DNA of 64,000 nt from Balanoglossus misakiensis (taxonomy: Eukaryota > Animalia > Hemichordata), in contig JBECUI020000030.1 in NCBI GenBank assembly GCA_040954595.2, forward strand, positions 248,001-312,000. The letters run 5' to 3'. This document shows positions 20,416 through 33,080 of the stretch, one piece after another (the first letter of the stretch is position 1; every line of letters begins with the position of its first letter). Below the pieces are notes generated by a model that saw only the letters and a list, made by a program, of their open reading frames with translations, was not told where the DNA came from and searched no databases. The position numbers and the translations under genes were made by a program.

Positions 20416-21236
20416 GTTCCATATATAAAAAAAGAGTACCATATTTTCAATACAGCTTATTAATTTTTATCGGAGTGTTATTTTTTCTTCCTGTTATTTG
20501 GGTGCTGTTGGCATCTTTTGATGAGCACGCCACTCTCAGCATAGGCATGTCTAAAGCATCGTTGTCTAATTATCTTACTGTGTTTACCGACGGAAAGAAT
20601 TTTCAAGCGTTGGGAAATTCGTTAATGATATCATTGGGTCAGTCTATAGTAACTATCATTGTAGGGTTAATAACTGCATACCCTTTGTCGCGCTTGCGCA
20701 TGAAATACAAAAAGCAAATACTACTCGGAATATTGTTTATGACAGGATTGCCCATTATAGCATTGATGGTTCCTGTGTATCAATTATTTAGCTTACTAAA
20801 AATACAGAATTCAATATTGTCAACGATATTTTTTATGGCAACAGCAGCCCTTCCCTTTAATATTTGGTTATTGAGAAACTTTATGAATACTGTTCCTATC
20901 TCTTTGGAGGAATCGGCAAGGATCGATGGAGCAACGACGTTTCAATTATTGTTTCGCGTTATTGTGCCACTTATGGCTTCCGGAATAGCAACTGTTTTTG
21001 TATATAATTTTGCGGCAAGCTGGGGAAATTTCTTTGTTCCATATATTTTGCTTAATTCCGCTCAAAAGATCCCTGCTTCTGTTAAAATCTATGAATTTTT
21101 TGGGCAGTATGGGGCTGTGTCGTATGGAAGTTTGGCGGCGTTTGCAATTATATATACTATTCCGTCAGTGATACTGTATGTCTATAGCCTACGTTTTTTG
21201 ACAGGTGGCTTAACACTGGTAGGAGCAGATAAATAG
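20412..21236 (+). CDS. carbohydrate ABC permease (MalG-like)
   Basis: Starts MSSIYKKR; LEESARIDGA, SWGNF; apparent fusion to the upstream permease arises at an A-run. Confidence 0.85.
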   Translation: MSSIYKKRVPYFQYSLLIFIGVLFFLPVIWVLLASFDEHATLSIGMSKASLSNYLTVFTDGKNFQALGNSLMISLGQSIVTIIVGLITAYPLSRLRMKYKKQILLGILFMTGLPIIALMVPVYQLFSLLKIQNSILSTIFFMATAALPFNIWLLRNFMNTVPISLEESARIDGATTFQLLFRVIVPLMASGIATVFVYNFAASWGNFFVPYILLNSAQKIPASVKIYEFFGQYGAVSYGSLAAFAIIYTIPSVILYVYSLRFLTGGLTLVGADK

Positions 21237-21294
21237 GAAGATACATACTTATTAGTAGATAGTTAAAACGAAAAAAATGTTGCGAGGAGGGTGT

Positions 21295-22640
21295 ATGACA
21301 ACATATAAGAAATATATTGAATTGTTAGGTAGTTTAGCAATAGTATTATTGCTGAGTATTTTTGTGGTTGGATGTCAAGGAAGTACAGTGAGTGAGACAG
21401 AAACACTAACTGTTGTTTTGAGAGGAGGTGGAGCAAGAGATTTCCCACGGTGGATCGAGGCTGGATTTGCCGAATATCAAAAAATAAATCCAAATGTCGA
21501 ACTTAATCTTACTGAAGTAAATGCGGCAGAAGGAGAATATTTTGCAAAAATTTCTCTGATGCTTCAATCTGATAAAGCAATAGATGTGGTCTTTGAAGAT
21601 TCATTTATTCTGAAAGCCGATGTTGCGGCGGGATATTTAGCACCGCTTGATCTGAGCGGATGGAATGATTGGGATACGCAATATTCTGCTGCTATTAAAG
21701 AGGGGGTCACTGTTGACGGACAAGTGTATTCTATACCTATTACCTCAGATACTAGGGGCTTGTATTATAACAAGAAAATATTTGAGCAAGTTGGACTTCC
21801 AGTGGACTGGGAACCGACAAACTGGAATGAAGTGTTAGATGCAGCAAGAACTGTTAGAGACAATACCCCCGATGATGTAATTCCGTTTTTCCTGTACTCA
21901 TCCAAAGCAAACGGAGAGGCGACAACGATGCAGGGTGCACAAATGCTTGGTATGGAACAAACGATACCATGTTTGAAAATGATAAGTGGGTAGCGAAATC
22001 TCAGGGCATGTTGGATACATTAAATTTTTATAAGACCGTATATACGGAGAATTTAGGAGCTCCCATATCCATTGTGTTGAGTGGAACAAATAACACGAAC
22101 ACTATTTATCAAGAATATGCGAAATCAGACAAGGTTGCTATTACATTGGACGGAAATTGGATACCGCAACAATGGATTGGTGGAGTCTGGGATGCATGGA
22201 GGGAGCACTACAATTTTACAGCAATGCCAACACAATATGGACAAGGAAAAGGATTTAATTCTATGTCCGGCGGTTGGGGACTGGCAATAAGTAGTCTTTC
22301 CGAGAAAAAAGAACTAGCTATTGATTTTATTAAGTTTATGAACAACCCGGATAATATATATAATCTTATTACCATATCAAACAATCTCATAGTGAGAAAA
22401 GATGTGGGTGCACGACCGGAACTAAAGGAGATGGGGGTGATTGATAAAGCCAGTCAATTTTTGGAGTTTACAAATTTTAGACCAACGAACGAAGAATATC
22501 CTTCTGTTTCCGCAGAACTCCAAGTTGCAGTCGAAGCGGTAGTAACGGGAATTAAAACGCCGACAGAGGCAATGGCCGAATATTCGCAAAGCATAATGAG
22601 AATTGTAGGAGCGGATAGAATAATAGAAAAAATCAAGTAA
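21295..22640 (+). CDS. carbohydrate ABC substrate-binding lipoprotein, frameshifted near 21950
   Basis: GAGGAGG RBS, lipobox VVGC, DTRGLYYNK, SMSGGWG. Confidence 0.85.
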
Positions 22641-22665
22641 GCAAGTAATTAGCAAGGAGATAACT

Positions 22666-25600
22666 ATGGATAATTATCAGAAACTATATAAAACCAGATT
22701 AGAACAATGGAGTCTAAGACTACAAGAAGGTTTATACGAGGGCATGTTGCCCCTTACAGTGGAAGTTGCTACTTCTAAAAATCAGATATCCTTTGAGCAG
22801 AGGAAAAGCAAACGTTCAAGAAAGTGAAGATAGGAGACAACTGGGGAAAAACATGGAAAGTGCATGGTTTCATATAACAGCAAGTATTCCGGCTGAATGG
22901 AAAGGAAAAAATCTTCTAGCACGTATAGACATTGGCGGAGAAGGATTAGTTTTTGATAATGAGGGAGTCCCACAACAAGCCATTACCAATAAATCAATAT
23001 TTATATTTGACCAAGGATATTTTAAGCGTCAAAATGTTCATTTGTTACAGTATATTACTGAGGGAAAAATTGAATTATGGATAGAAGGAGTTGCGAACAG
23101 TTTATTTGGTGTGGAGAGACCGGAAGATCCAAAGTTAGATGATGCTCATTTACACGGTAGCATGTATCCTACAATTACTCAGATGGGGTTTGTACCTTTT
23201 GATGAGGAATTGTGGGATTTTATGCTTGATATCGATGTACTCGTTGGGTTAGTACGTGCGGTGGATGAAGAAGGGGTACGGCATGCACGACTTATGCATG
23301 GACTGATGGAAGCGGCAGCCATATATGCGGATAGACGAGAAAATCTTACAAAAGCAAAAAAAATTACTGACAAACTGCTTAAACAGAAAGCTACGCCTTC
23401 TTCCTTAACCGCTTTGTCGATAGGACATGCACATATCGATACTGCATGGCTATGGCCGGTATCGGAAACAATCAAGAAGTGTGCACGGACATTCAGTTCT
23501 CAGATAGATTTATTGGAACGATATCCTAACTATGTATTTGGCGCTTCTGCACCACAACATTATTGGTATATCAAGAAATATTATCCTGAGTTATATAAGA
23601 AAATCAAGGCTTTTGTTAAAGCAGGCAGATGGGAATTGCAAGGCCGGTATGTGGATAGAAGCAGATTGTAATTTACCCAGTGGAGAATCTTTTATCCGTC
23701 AGTTTATTCATGGCAAGAACTTTTACAAAGATGAGTTTGGCATAGATGTAGACAACCTATGGATACCTGATGTTTTTGGGTATTCTGCAACCCTTCCACA
23801 GATAATGAAAAAATCAGGGGTAGATAATTTTTTAAACACAAAAAATATCTTGGAACCAGTTTAACAAGTTTCCCCATCATACTTTTATATGGCGCGGGTT
23901 AGATGGCACAGAGATACTCACCCATTTCCCTCCGGAAGATACATATAATAGTCTATTAGCACCTGATCGGAGACGAGAATTTTCGGGGATGGTACAGGCC
24001 GAGCGAGCATTCAAAGAGAAAGGGATTGTTGATCATTTTATGGTACTTTTTGGTGTAGGAGATGGCGGGGGTGGTCCTGTTGATGAGATGGTCGAACGTG
24101 GAAATCGTATGACAAATCTGGAAGGAGTGCCAAAGGTAAGGTTCGGAACGGCTACTGAACTATTTAAGAAACTGAAACCCCATAAAGATAAACTTGCTAC
24201 ATGGGTAGGAGAATTGTACTTAGAGTATCATAGAGGGACACTTACTACTCAAGCAAAAGTTAAAAAATATAATAGAAAGATAGAATACGCACTACAAGAA
24301 ATAGAAAAACTATCAATGTTTGGTGAAGCAAAAATGTATCCCCGAAAAAATCTACATACATGGTGGAGGGTATTATTATTAAATCAATTTCATGATATTA
24401 TCCCCGGCTCAAGTATTCATAAGGTATACGAAGTCGCACATAAAGAATATCAGAATATACTAGACGAAGTAGAACAAGTAAGAACGCACCTCGTTTCAGA
24501 ATATTGTAAAGAAAACAAAAATGGAGCGGTGCTATTCAATCCGCATTCTTATGATATACAGACGACAGTGCTCTTGCCTAAAAGGTGGAATGGCTTTTCT
24601 GTAATGGATACAGATGGCATAGAATATCCCGTTCAAAATAATACAGTGGGAGTTTCGATGAAACAACACGAAATGAAAACATTGTATAAAGGAAAGAAGC
24701 AAGCGACACAAACACAGCACCGAGAAGCGCTCGTGCTGGAGAACAATGTAATCAGATATGATTTTGATAAGACTGGAAAGATTACTAAAATATATGACAA
24801 AGAAACAAAGGAAATAGTATCGGCAGGCGACGGTAATGTTTTTACATTATACGAAGACCGACCCCATAACTTTGATGCATGGGATATAGATGAGTACTAT
24901 GAGAATTGTATTCAAGAACAACTTTCTGCGACGAAGCATAGTCTAGTTGAAACAGGAATGCTCTATTCTTGTGTAGAATTTATGTATGAGTTTGGAAGTT
25001 CCACCATGTCACAAAAGATTACATTGGGGAGAACATTCAAAGAGATTAGACTTCAATACCCATTTGGATTGGAAGAAAGACATTCAATGGTACGTGTAGA
25101 GTTTCCTGTCAATATTTCAAACACAGAAGCACTGTATGATATACAATATGGGTTTCTTGGCAGACCCACCCATAGAAATACGAGTTGGGACAGAGCACGC
25201 TTTGAAGTCTGTGGGCATAAGTATGCGGACTTATCTAACAATCAGTATGGCGTAGCACTACTAAACGACTGTAAGTATGGATACAAAATATTTGACAACA
25301 CCTTGAGTTTATCCTTGTTGCGCTCGCCAACACATCCTGATCCTATAGCAGATAGGGGAAAACATCAGTTTGTGTATGCCTTATTACCACATACGGGAAC
25401 ACTCATTGATAGCGATGTTATGAAAGAGGCGACGGATATTAATCAACCTATACGAGTATTTGATGGGTTGGAATATGCTAAAACATTGCGACTTCCAACT
25501 ATCGATAACAATAAGGATATCAGTATTGATGTGATAAAACGAGGAGAAAAAGACGACTCCATCTATGTACGACTGGTTGAGAGAAATGGAAATTTTAGTA

Positions 25601-25740
25601 GCTGTACTCTACACTATGATGGAGCAACTTCGTATGTAGAAACGGATATGCTGGAATGGGAAAAGATTTCAAAACCAATGTCCATACATAAAAAAATAAC
25701 ATTTAAGCCGTTTGAAATTAAGACTATCAATCTTCTATAA
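22666..25740 (+). CDS. GH38 alpha-mannosidase, several frameshifts
   Basis: GHAHIDTAWLWP, WIPDVFGY, GDGGGGP, GELYLEYHRG, NQFHDIIPGSSI; AGGAG RBS before ATG 22666. Confidence 0.9.
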
Positions 25741-25819
25741 TAGAAATATAGCTATTATAGAATTACTATGGTATAATAAATCTTGATAGTATTATCATAT
25801 CATTAGGGGGATTATATAT

Positions 25820-26929
25820 ATGAAAAAAACAAACAAGAATTTGTTCATTGGTGTATTTATAGTACTGTGTATGCTTTCTATAAATATTAATGTATTTGCT
25901 GCAGGTGCCGCCGCTGCTGACGGCGTTCTTATTGGAATTGCCATGCCTGAAACACATGTTGAGAGATGGAAAAGGGATGGGGCTGAACTAAAGTTGGAGG
26001 CTGAATCTCTAGGATATAGAGCGGAAGTCGCATATGCCGATGCAGACCAAGGGAAGCAAAACCAACAAATAGAGGATTTTATAACTAAGGGGGCGAAACT
26101 CATTGTTGTCGGCTCGGTTAATGAAGGAGCAGCAGAGGCTGTAGCGAAGGCAAATACGGAAGGAGTAATTATTATAGCCTATGATCGACTCATTACCGAT
26201 TCCGCCGATTACGATTATTATATTACCTTCGATAACTTCAAAGTCGGTCAAATTCAAGGACAAGCAATTGTAGACGCTTTGAATTTATCCTCTGCTCGAG
26301 ATAAAAAGATTACCTATTTTGCAGGTTCTCCAACAGATAATAATGCCTATGTTTTCTTTGATGGTGCTATGGATATGTTAAATCAGTATGTTGACAGTGG
26401 GGCACTTACGGTAGTAGGACCCCCACCGCGAAGCTCCAAAGATTCCTCATTTACACAGATTACTACGGAAAACTGGAGAGCCGAAGAGGCAAAGAAAAGG
26501 ATGGAAAACTTGTTGAATAGCGATGCAAGCAATGTCGTACTGGATGCAGTATTAGCCCCCAACGACCCGGTAGCTCGTGCCATTATTGAAGCATTATTGA
26601 CTGATGCGAAATATGCCAATACCCTTCCAATCGTTACCGGACAGGACGGAGAACTTGCATCTATTAAGATGATAAGGATGGGAAACAATACATGACGGTA
26701 TTCAAAGATACGCGAAATCTTGCGAAAGCCGCAATAGTATTAGCTGATTTTTTGTTAAAAGGTGAAACTCCGAATATTTCCGGTGCACGAGTAGATAACA
26801 CTGCATATGATACGGGGAAAAAAGATAGTAACATCATATTTACTTGAACCAGTGGCGGTTACTCAAAGCAACTATGAAGAAATTATGGTTGGTTCTGGGT
26901 ATATCACTCAAGAACAATTAAATAATTAA
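25820..26929 (+). CDS. ChvE/XylF-type sugar-binding protein, frameshifted near the 3' end
   Basis: GIAMPETHVERW, AYDRLI, FDNFKVG, GSPTDNNA, VTGQD; continues MTVFKDTRNLA in another frame. Confidence 0.88.
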
Positions 26930-26943
26930 AGACTATCTATATG

Positions 26944-26975
26944 AGAGGATAGAGCATTGTGTTGCTCTATTCTCT
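26944..26975 (+). other. intercistronic hairpin after the binding-protein gene
   Basis: AGAGGATAGAGCA / TGCTCTATTCTCT, 13-bp stem with one G-U pair. Confidence 0.6.
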
Positions 26976-26992
26976 TATTGTGATGGCATAAG

Positions 26993-28519
26993 ATGGATAT
27001 CTTAAAAGCTGTTCATTTAACTAAACGTTTCCCGGGGGTTCTTGCCCTTGATGGTGTCAATTTCACTGTTCAAAAAGGGGAGATACACTGTCTTTGCGGT
27101 GAAAATGGTGCCGGCAAATCTACCCTCATGAAAATTATTTCCGGTGTGTATCCGTATGGAAGTTATGAGGGGGAGATTTATTTTAAGGGGGAACTTCAAA
27201 AATATCATACGGTGAAAGATAGCGAAGAAGACGGCATAGCTATTATTCATCAAGAACTTTCCCTCAGTCCTTACCTATCTATAGCTGAGAATATATTCCT
27301 CGGGCATCAACATGCAAAACTGGGAGTGATTAATTTCTTTCAGATGGTAGAGGAGTCAAAGGATCTCTTAATGAAGGTCGGGCTCCGTGAAAATCCGCAA
27401 ACAATAGTAAGCACCTTAGGTCTCGGCAAACAACAATTAGTGGAAATTGCAAAGGCATTATCGAAAAATGTTGAACTTCTTATATTAGACGAACCGACCT
27501 CATCACTCAATGATCAGGAATGCGATAAGCTCTTAGACTTTATTCTTGAGCTAAAAAAAGAAGGGCTGACCTGTGTCATGATATCTCATAAACTGAATGA
27601 GATATTGAAAATTGCTGATTCTATTACTATTTTTAGGGACGGGCGTACAATTATTACATATGATACCACGCAGCCCGTTACGGAAGCGGATATTATCAGA
27701 AACATGGTAGGGCGAGATATGTCGGATAGATTCCCTAAACGCAGTCCAAAAATTGAGCCTGAAATACAACTGGATGTTAAAAATTGGTCTGTGTATCATC
27801 CCATGGATTCAGAAAAAAAGATCATTCACGATGCAACGTTTCATGTTAAGAAAGGGGAAATCGTAGGTCTTTGCGGTTTAACAGGATCGGGGCGAACCGA
27901 ACTAATGATGAGTATCTTCGGTGGTGCATATGGATCCAAGCATAGCGGCGATGTGTTTCTTCGAGGGAAAAAGGTACACTGGCGTACTCCCAAAGATGCA
28001 TTGACAGATGGTCTCGGGTATATTTCCGAAGATCGGAAGGAGTTGGGGTTAATTCTTATACAGGATGTAAAAACTAATATAGCCAACTCTGCTCTTCAAA
28101 AATGTTCTCAGTTTGGAGTCATAAAAAACCATGTGGTCGAGTCAGTAGGGCTACATTATAAGAAAAAAATAAATATAAAAACTCCTACGGTACATACCTT
28201 AGTTAATGTACTCAGTGGGGGGAATCAACAGAAGGTTGTTATTAGTCGCTGCCTGTATGCCGACCCGGATGTTTTAATTATTGATGAACCAACACGTGGC
28301 ATTGATGTCGGTGCTAAATATGAAATATATACAATACTGAACGGGCTAGCTGCTGCGGGAAAAAGCATAATAATGATATCATCCGAGCTTGTGGAAATTC
28401 TTGGTATGTCGGACAGGATTTATATTATGAATGAGGGTAGAATTAAAGGGGAACTCGCCGTACAAGATGCAACACAAGAAAAAATTATGCACATTGCTAT
28501 AGGAAAAGGGAAGGATTAA
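26993..28519 (+). CDS. MmsA/GguA-type sugar ABC ATP-binding protein
   Basis: GENGAGKSTLMK, GVYPYGSYEG, LSGGNQQK. Confidence 0.93.
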   Translation: MDILKAVHLTKRFPGVLALDGVNFTVQKGEIHCLCGENGAGKSTLMKIISGVYPYGSYEGEIYFKGELQKYHTVKDSEEDGIAIIHQELSLSPYLSIAENIFLGHQHAKLGVINFFQMVEESKDLLMKVGLRENPQTIVSTLGLGKQQLVEIAKALSKNVELLILDEPTSSLNDQECDKLLDFILELKKEGLTCVMISHKLNEILKIADSITIFRDGRTIITYDTTQPVTEADIIRNMVGRDMSDRFPKRSPKIEPEIQLDVKNWSVYHPMDSEKKIIHDATFHVKKGEIVGLCGLTGSGRTELMMSIFGGAYGSKHSGDVFLRGKKVHWRTPKDALTDGLGYISEDRKELGLILIQDVKTNIANSALQKCSQFGVIKNHVVESVGLHYKKKINIKTPTVHTLVNVLSGGNQQKVVISRCLYADPDVLIIDEPTRGIDVGAKYEIYTILNGLAAAGKSIIMISSELVEILGMSDRIYIMNEGRIKGELAVQDATQEKIMHIAIGKGKD

Positions 28520-29704
28520 ATGACAGATAAGATAGTTAACAATAAAGAAAGTTTTATAAAAATTGCCCGTGATAACATAAGGCATTATTCCATGTTCTTA
28601 ATGTTGGGGTTAATTTTTATTATGTTTACTTTTATTACCAATGGCATCAATGTAAATGCTAGAAATATTACCAATATTTTTATTCAGAATAGTTATATTC
28701 TGACATTATCTGTTGGTATGGTATTGGTAATAATTACCGGTAATATTGATCTTTCGGTTGGGTCTGTCTGTGCGTTTGTAGGGGCAATAAGCGCTATGTT
28801 ATACAATTTGAACATTGGTATGCCACTTACTATTCTCTTATCAATTCTCATTGGTGCAATGATCGGAGCTTCCCAAGGGGTTTGGATTGCATTTCTTAAG
28901 GTTCCTGCCTTTATTGTAACCTTGGCGGGCATGCTTTTGTATAGAGGACTTACCTATATTATTACCGATGTTTCCCCTGTTTCTCTCAAAGATGATGCTT
29001 ATAAGCAAATTGCTTCGGGATTTTCTTTTACATCTGAAAGTGATTTCCATCTGACAAGTATGATTATTGTTATTGTACTGCTCTGTATATATGTTGTGTA
29101 TGAAATATTTCATAGAAGAGAAAAAATAAAGCATACATTCCATGTCTTGCCGGTGCAATTTTTTATGTTTAAACTTATTGTGATTGTACTGGTAATGTTG
29201 GCTTTGGGGTGGCAACTTGCAGTATATAGAGGCATCCCCAATGTGGTTATCCTTTTATTTCTTGTTATTGGTATATTTGTTTTTGTCAGTAATAAAACGG
29301 TCTTCGGGCGCGAAGTATATGCGGTTGGTGGAAATGCCAAGGCAGCAAAACTGTCAGGGGTAAATTCGGAGCGTGTTGTGTTTCTTGTATTTACCATCAT
29401 GGGTGGATTGGCGGGTTTGGCTGGGGTTATCTTTACGGGTTACCTTAATTCTGCATTGCCACAATCAGGGCAGTTATTTGAACTAGAGGCCATAGCGGCT
29501 GCATTTATTGGTGGGGCATCAGCGGCTGGTGGAATAGGCACAATTATAGGAGCAATTACCGGTGGACTGGTAATGGGTGTTATTAATAATGGCATGTCTC
29601 TTATCAATCTGGGTGCCGAATATCAATACGTAGTAAAAGCTTTGGTCCTGCTTTTTGCGGTGTGGTATGACCAGTATACTAGAAATAAAGGGAAAATGTT
29701 ATAG
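28520..29704 (+). CDS. MmsB/GguB-type sugar ABC permease
   Basis: QNSYIL, NIDLSVGS, GGNAKAAKLSG, ELEAIAAAFIGG. Confidence 0.92.
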   Translation: MTDKIVNNKESFIKIARDNIRHYSMFLMLGLIFIMFTFITNGINVNARNITNIFIQNSYILTLSVGMVLVIITGNIDLSVGSVCAFVGAISAMLYNLNIGMPLTILLSILIGAMIGASQGVWIAFLKVPAFIVTLAGMLLYRGLTYIITDVSPVSLKDDAYKQIASGFSFTSESDFHLTSMIIVIVLLCIYVVYEIFHRREKIKHTFHVLPVQFFMFKLIVIVLVMLALGWQLAVYRGIPNVVILLFLVIGIFVFVSNKTVFGREVYAVGGNAKAAKLSGVNSERVVFLVFTIMGGLAGLAGVIFTGYLNSALPQSGQLFELEAIAAAFIGGASAAGGIGTIIGAITGGLVMGVINNGMSLINLGAEYQYVVKALVLLFAVWYDQYTRNKGKML

Positions 29705-29726
29705 ATAAAAAGAGAGGAAAGATTCT

Positions 29727-31049
29727 ATGAAAGAAATATTTAGAGGAATACCCAAAATTCAATATGAGGGTCCACGTTCAAGTAATAATTTAGCATTCAG
29801 ATATTATAATCCCGATGAAAAAGTCGGCAACAAGACCATGAAAGAACATCTGCGTTTTTCAGTTGCGTTTTGGCATACGATAAATGCAAATGGGATGGAT
29901 CCATTTGGCATGCCTACCATGGTCAGACCTTGGGATGAATTATCTGATCCTATGCAGATTGCGGAAATGAAAGCCTATGCGGTCATGGAGTTTGCGCAAA
30001 AGCTGGATATTCCCTTTTTCTGTTTTCACGATTTCGATATTGTACCGGAAAAGCATACATTGTTGGAGACCAATAAGCAGTTAGATATTATGTCCGATTT
30101 ATTGCAAGACTTAATGAAGGAATATAATGTTCGTCTGCTTTGGGGAACCAGTAATATGTTTTCTCATGCTAGATTTATGCATGGCGCTTCGACAAATCCG
30201 GATGCTGATGTATTTGCCTATTCGGCTGCAAAGGTAAAAAAGGCTTTGGATCTTACCCATAAGTTGGGAGGGCAAAACTATGTTTTTTGGGGTGGTCGCG
30301 AGGGGTATGAAACACTTCTTAATACGAATATGAAGCTTGAACAGGATAATCTTGCCCGTTTTTTACAGATGGCAGTAGAATATACACGGAAGATCGGTTT
30401 TGAGGGACAACTGCTGATTGAACCGAAACCGAAAGAGCCGACGAAACATCAATATGATTTTGATGCGGCAACGGTAATTGGCTTTTTGTATAAATACGGA
30501 TTAGAGAAGGACTTCAAACTCAATCTTGAGGTTAATCATGCTACTTTGGCGGGACATTCGATACAACATGATATACGTATGGCGCGGATCAATGGCATGC
30601 TGGGGAGCTTGGATGCAAATGAAGGGGATCTGCTTCTTGGATGGGATACGGATCAGTTTACCACGAGTGTATATGTATCTACCCTTATGATGTATGAAGT
30701 GCTCAAGAATGGAGGACTGGGGAATGGTGGACTTAATTTTGATGCAAAGGTACGGAGAAGTTCCAACGATGTAACCGATTTGTTTTACGGACATATATCG
30801 GGTATAGATGCCTTTGCTTTTGGATTAAAAACAGCATACAGTCTGTTAGAAAGCAAAGAGCTGGAAAACTTTATAGATGAAAGATATGCTTCTTATCGAG
30901 AAGGCATAGGGAAAAAAATAGTAGAAGGGAATGTTGATTTCGAATCGCTATATGCGTATGCGTTGGAACACGATCAATTACACCCGGTGTCCGGACGACA
31001 AGAAATGTTAGAGATTATTTTGAATAAACATATCTTTAATGCGAGATAG
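29727..31049 (+). CDS. xylA: xylose isomerase (class II)
   Basis: [39 protein letters not shown]. Confidence 0.97.
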   Translation: MKEIFRGIPKIQYEGPRSSNNLAFRYYNPDEKVGNKTMKEHLRFSVAFWHTINANGMDPFGMPTMVRPWDELSDPMQIAEMKAYAVMEFAQKLDIPFFCFHDFDIVPEKHTLLETNKQLDIMSDLLQDLMKEYNVRLLWGTSNMFSHARFMHGASTNPDADVFAYSAAKVKKALDLTHKLGGQNYVFWGGREGYETLLNTNMKLEQDNLARFLQMAVEYTRKIGFEGQLLIEPKPKEPTKHQYDFDAATVIGFLYKYGLEKDFKLNLEVNHATLAGHSIQHDIRMARINGMLGSLDANEGDLLLGWDTDQFTTSVYVSTLMMYEVLKNGGLGNGGLNFDAKVRRSSNDVTDLFYGHISGIDAFAFGLKTAYSLLESKELENFIDERYASYREGIGKKIVEGNVDFESLYAYALEHDQLHPVSGRQEMLEIILNKHIFNAR

Positions 31050-31061
31050 TAAAGCGAAACC

Positions 31062-32651
31062 ATGCACGATTTTTTGTACATGGGTATTGATGTCAGTACC
31101 CAGAGTACCACAATACAAGTTTTGAACATTACCGATACGGTGCAAGCAGTATACGAAGATTCGGTTGTGTATACCGATCAGCTAGAACAATATACGCTTG
31201 AAAAAGACCGTAAAATTATACCAAATCTTGTTGATGGAGAGGCATGCCAACCGCCGCTCATGTTTTTGGATGCCTTGGAGCTTGCCTTTGCCCGTCTTTC
31301 AAAACGCATTGCTATTGCTGATATACGTGCCATAGCAATTTCTGCTCAACAGCATAGTCATCTGTACTTGAATAGTAATGCGAACCAGAGTTTTTCGCAT
31401 GTACGTTCCGATCCTTCGACAAGCATGGAGAAAAAACTTTCCGAATTGTTTGAAAATGCGTTTGCGTATCCGTACGCACCAATATGGATGTACGCGGCAT
31501 CCCAAGCGGCTGCTGACGAGATACGAAATTTTGTTGGTGGCAGCAAAAACATGCTGGAGAGAAGTGGTTCAGACAGTCCGGCACGATTTACCGGTGCGGT
31601 AATACGGTACATTGCACAACACTATCCGGAAGAGTTCAAACTGACGAGGCGGATACATTTGCTTAGTAGTTTTCTTTCCGGCGTTCTTACAGGTAGAGAA
31701 GATTGTCCGATTGATTGGGGCAATGCTTCCGGAATGTCAGTAATGAATTACCGCGAAAAAAAATGGGACAAGTCCTTATCCCATGCAGTGCTTGCCAATA
31801 CGTCGGCTGAACATATCGACGTATTAACCATGCTTCCAGAACTTGTTTCTCCTACGGAAATTGTCGGATCCATTGCTCCGTATTTTGTACACAAGTATGG
31901 ATTTAATAAGGACTGTGTAGTCAGTGCGGGCAGTGGCGATAATCCGCAGAGCAAGGTTTCGGTACGTGGCGATCTACTCAGTTTAGGAAGTAGCTTTGTT
32001 ATTATGGCAGAGAATAATCGCTTTACCAAAGATACAAACGCTATGTATGACGGCTTAGGGACTCCTTTTCTATTTGGGTGTAGGACAAATGGTGCGTTAG
32101 TATGGGATATGGTACGGAATAAAATAGGAATTGATTTCGAGCAAGCAGAAGGACTTCTTGAAACAAGTGATATCGGCACTCGGATAATGTTATGGCAACC
32201 ATTCCCGGAATCCTTTCCGGTATCCCCTGCGTTTGATATGCTTTCTGCTACCCCAAAAAACAATAACAAAAAAAGCCACAAAAACGGTACAGAAGACTAT
32301 GCCGGCATTGTAGATAGCATGCTGGCAATTATGCGTTATTATTCTAAAGGCTTTATGAAACACAGTTCCGGCGATCCCTTGTACGTAACAGGTGGGGCGG
32401 CGGGATCAAGACAAATTCTTGCAAGGGTCGCTGCGTTTTGGGATAGACCGGTAATAGCAATTAAAGACACCGGGGCATCGTACGGAGCGGCATTGTCTGC
32501 ATATTATGCCGAACGGAAAACTTTACGCGAAACAGATGCAGCCCAGCCGTTTCATGGGGATAGTATTTATTCTACACCGGATGCTGTGCAAAAAGCCAAA
32601 TTTTTTACTCATCAATGTATTGAAATGTATAGTGAACAATTAATACAGTAG
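31062..32651 (+). CDS. xylB: FGGY kinase, probable xylulokinase
   Basis: GIDVSTQS, SAQQHS, RFTG, GDNP, SLGSS, VTGG; directly after xylA. Confidence 0.8.
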   Translation: MHDFLYMGIDVSTQSTTIQVLNITDTVQAVYEDSVVYTDQLEQYTLEKDRKIIPNLVDGEACQPPLMFLDALELAFARLSKRIAIADIRAIAISAQQHSHLYLNSNANQSFSHVRSDPSTSMEKKLSELFENAFAYPYAPIWMYAASQAAADEIRNFVGGSKNMLERSGSDSPARFTGAVIRYIAQHYPEEFKLTRRIHLLSSFLSGVLTGREDCPIDWGNASGMSVMNYREKKWDKSLSHAVLANTSAEHIDVLTMLPELVSPTEIVGSIAPYFVHKYGFNKDCVVSAGSGDNPQSKVSVRGDLLSLGSSFVIMAENNRFTKDTNAMYDGLGTPFLFGCRTNGALVWDMVRNKIGIDFEQAEGLLETSDIGTRIMLWQPFPESFPVSPAFDMLSATPKNNNKKSHKNGTEDYAGIVDSMLAIMRYYSKGFMKHSSGDPLYVTGGAAGSRQILARVAAFWDRPVIAIKDTGASYGAALSAYYAERKTLRETDAAQPFHGDSIYSTPDAVQKAKFFTHQCIEMYSEQLIQ

Positions 32652-32733
32652 CATCATGGCTTCTCATGCAATAATCTACCTCAATATAAGTCAGCCCCAT
32701 TAGGTCTAGTTCTCCCAGTCAAGTCGGGGGCTA

Positions 32734-32756
32734 CCGTCTTTCTTCTAGAAAGACGG
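32734..32756. other. perfect hairpin in the intergenic region
   Basis: CCGTCTTTCT-tct-AGAAAGACGG, 10-bp stem. Confidence 0.5.
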
Positions 32757-33080
32757 AGAATAATTGAATATATGCTTCTTATAGTCTTCGATCAAACTTA
32801 TTATTCTTGCCTTGATAAACGCTGCTTGTTGCATCCGCAATGGTATATGCTAACCATTCATTCGTTGCAACAAATAAATCATCAGACCCTAAAGAAGTTT
32901 CAATGACCTCAGACATCGTTTATACTTATTCCCCTTGTATTTTTACGCATTTCTACCTCTCCATATTTGTTTTTATCATGAGGACAAAATGATGTCAAAC
33001 ATCTTTACAATTCTCATTACATATTTTATAGTAGAATAAGGGATTAGTTATAAGACGTATATATAAAAAAGGAGGGTGGA

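Noticed and set aside
19749-21236. Apparent 495-aa fused double permease
   Set aside because: Fusion point follows an A-run in an indel-rich zone; one indel restores the usual ATGA-overlapped two-gene layout
32690-32757. Hairpins reminiscent of IS200/IS605 ends or an omega-RNA 5' stem
   Set aside because: No tnpA, tnpB or iscB nearby, and the similarity is too short; an Rfam or ISfinder search would be needed
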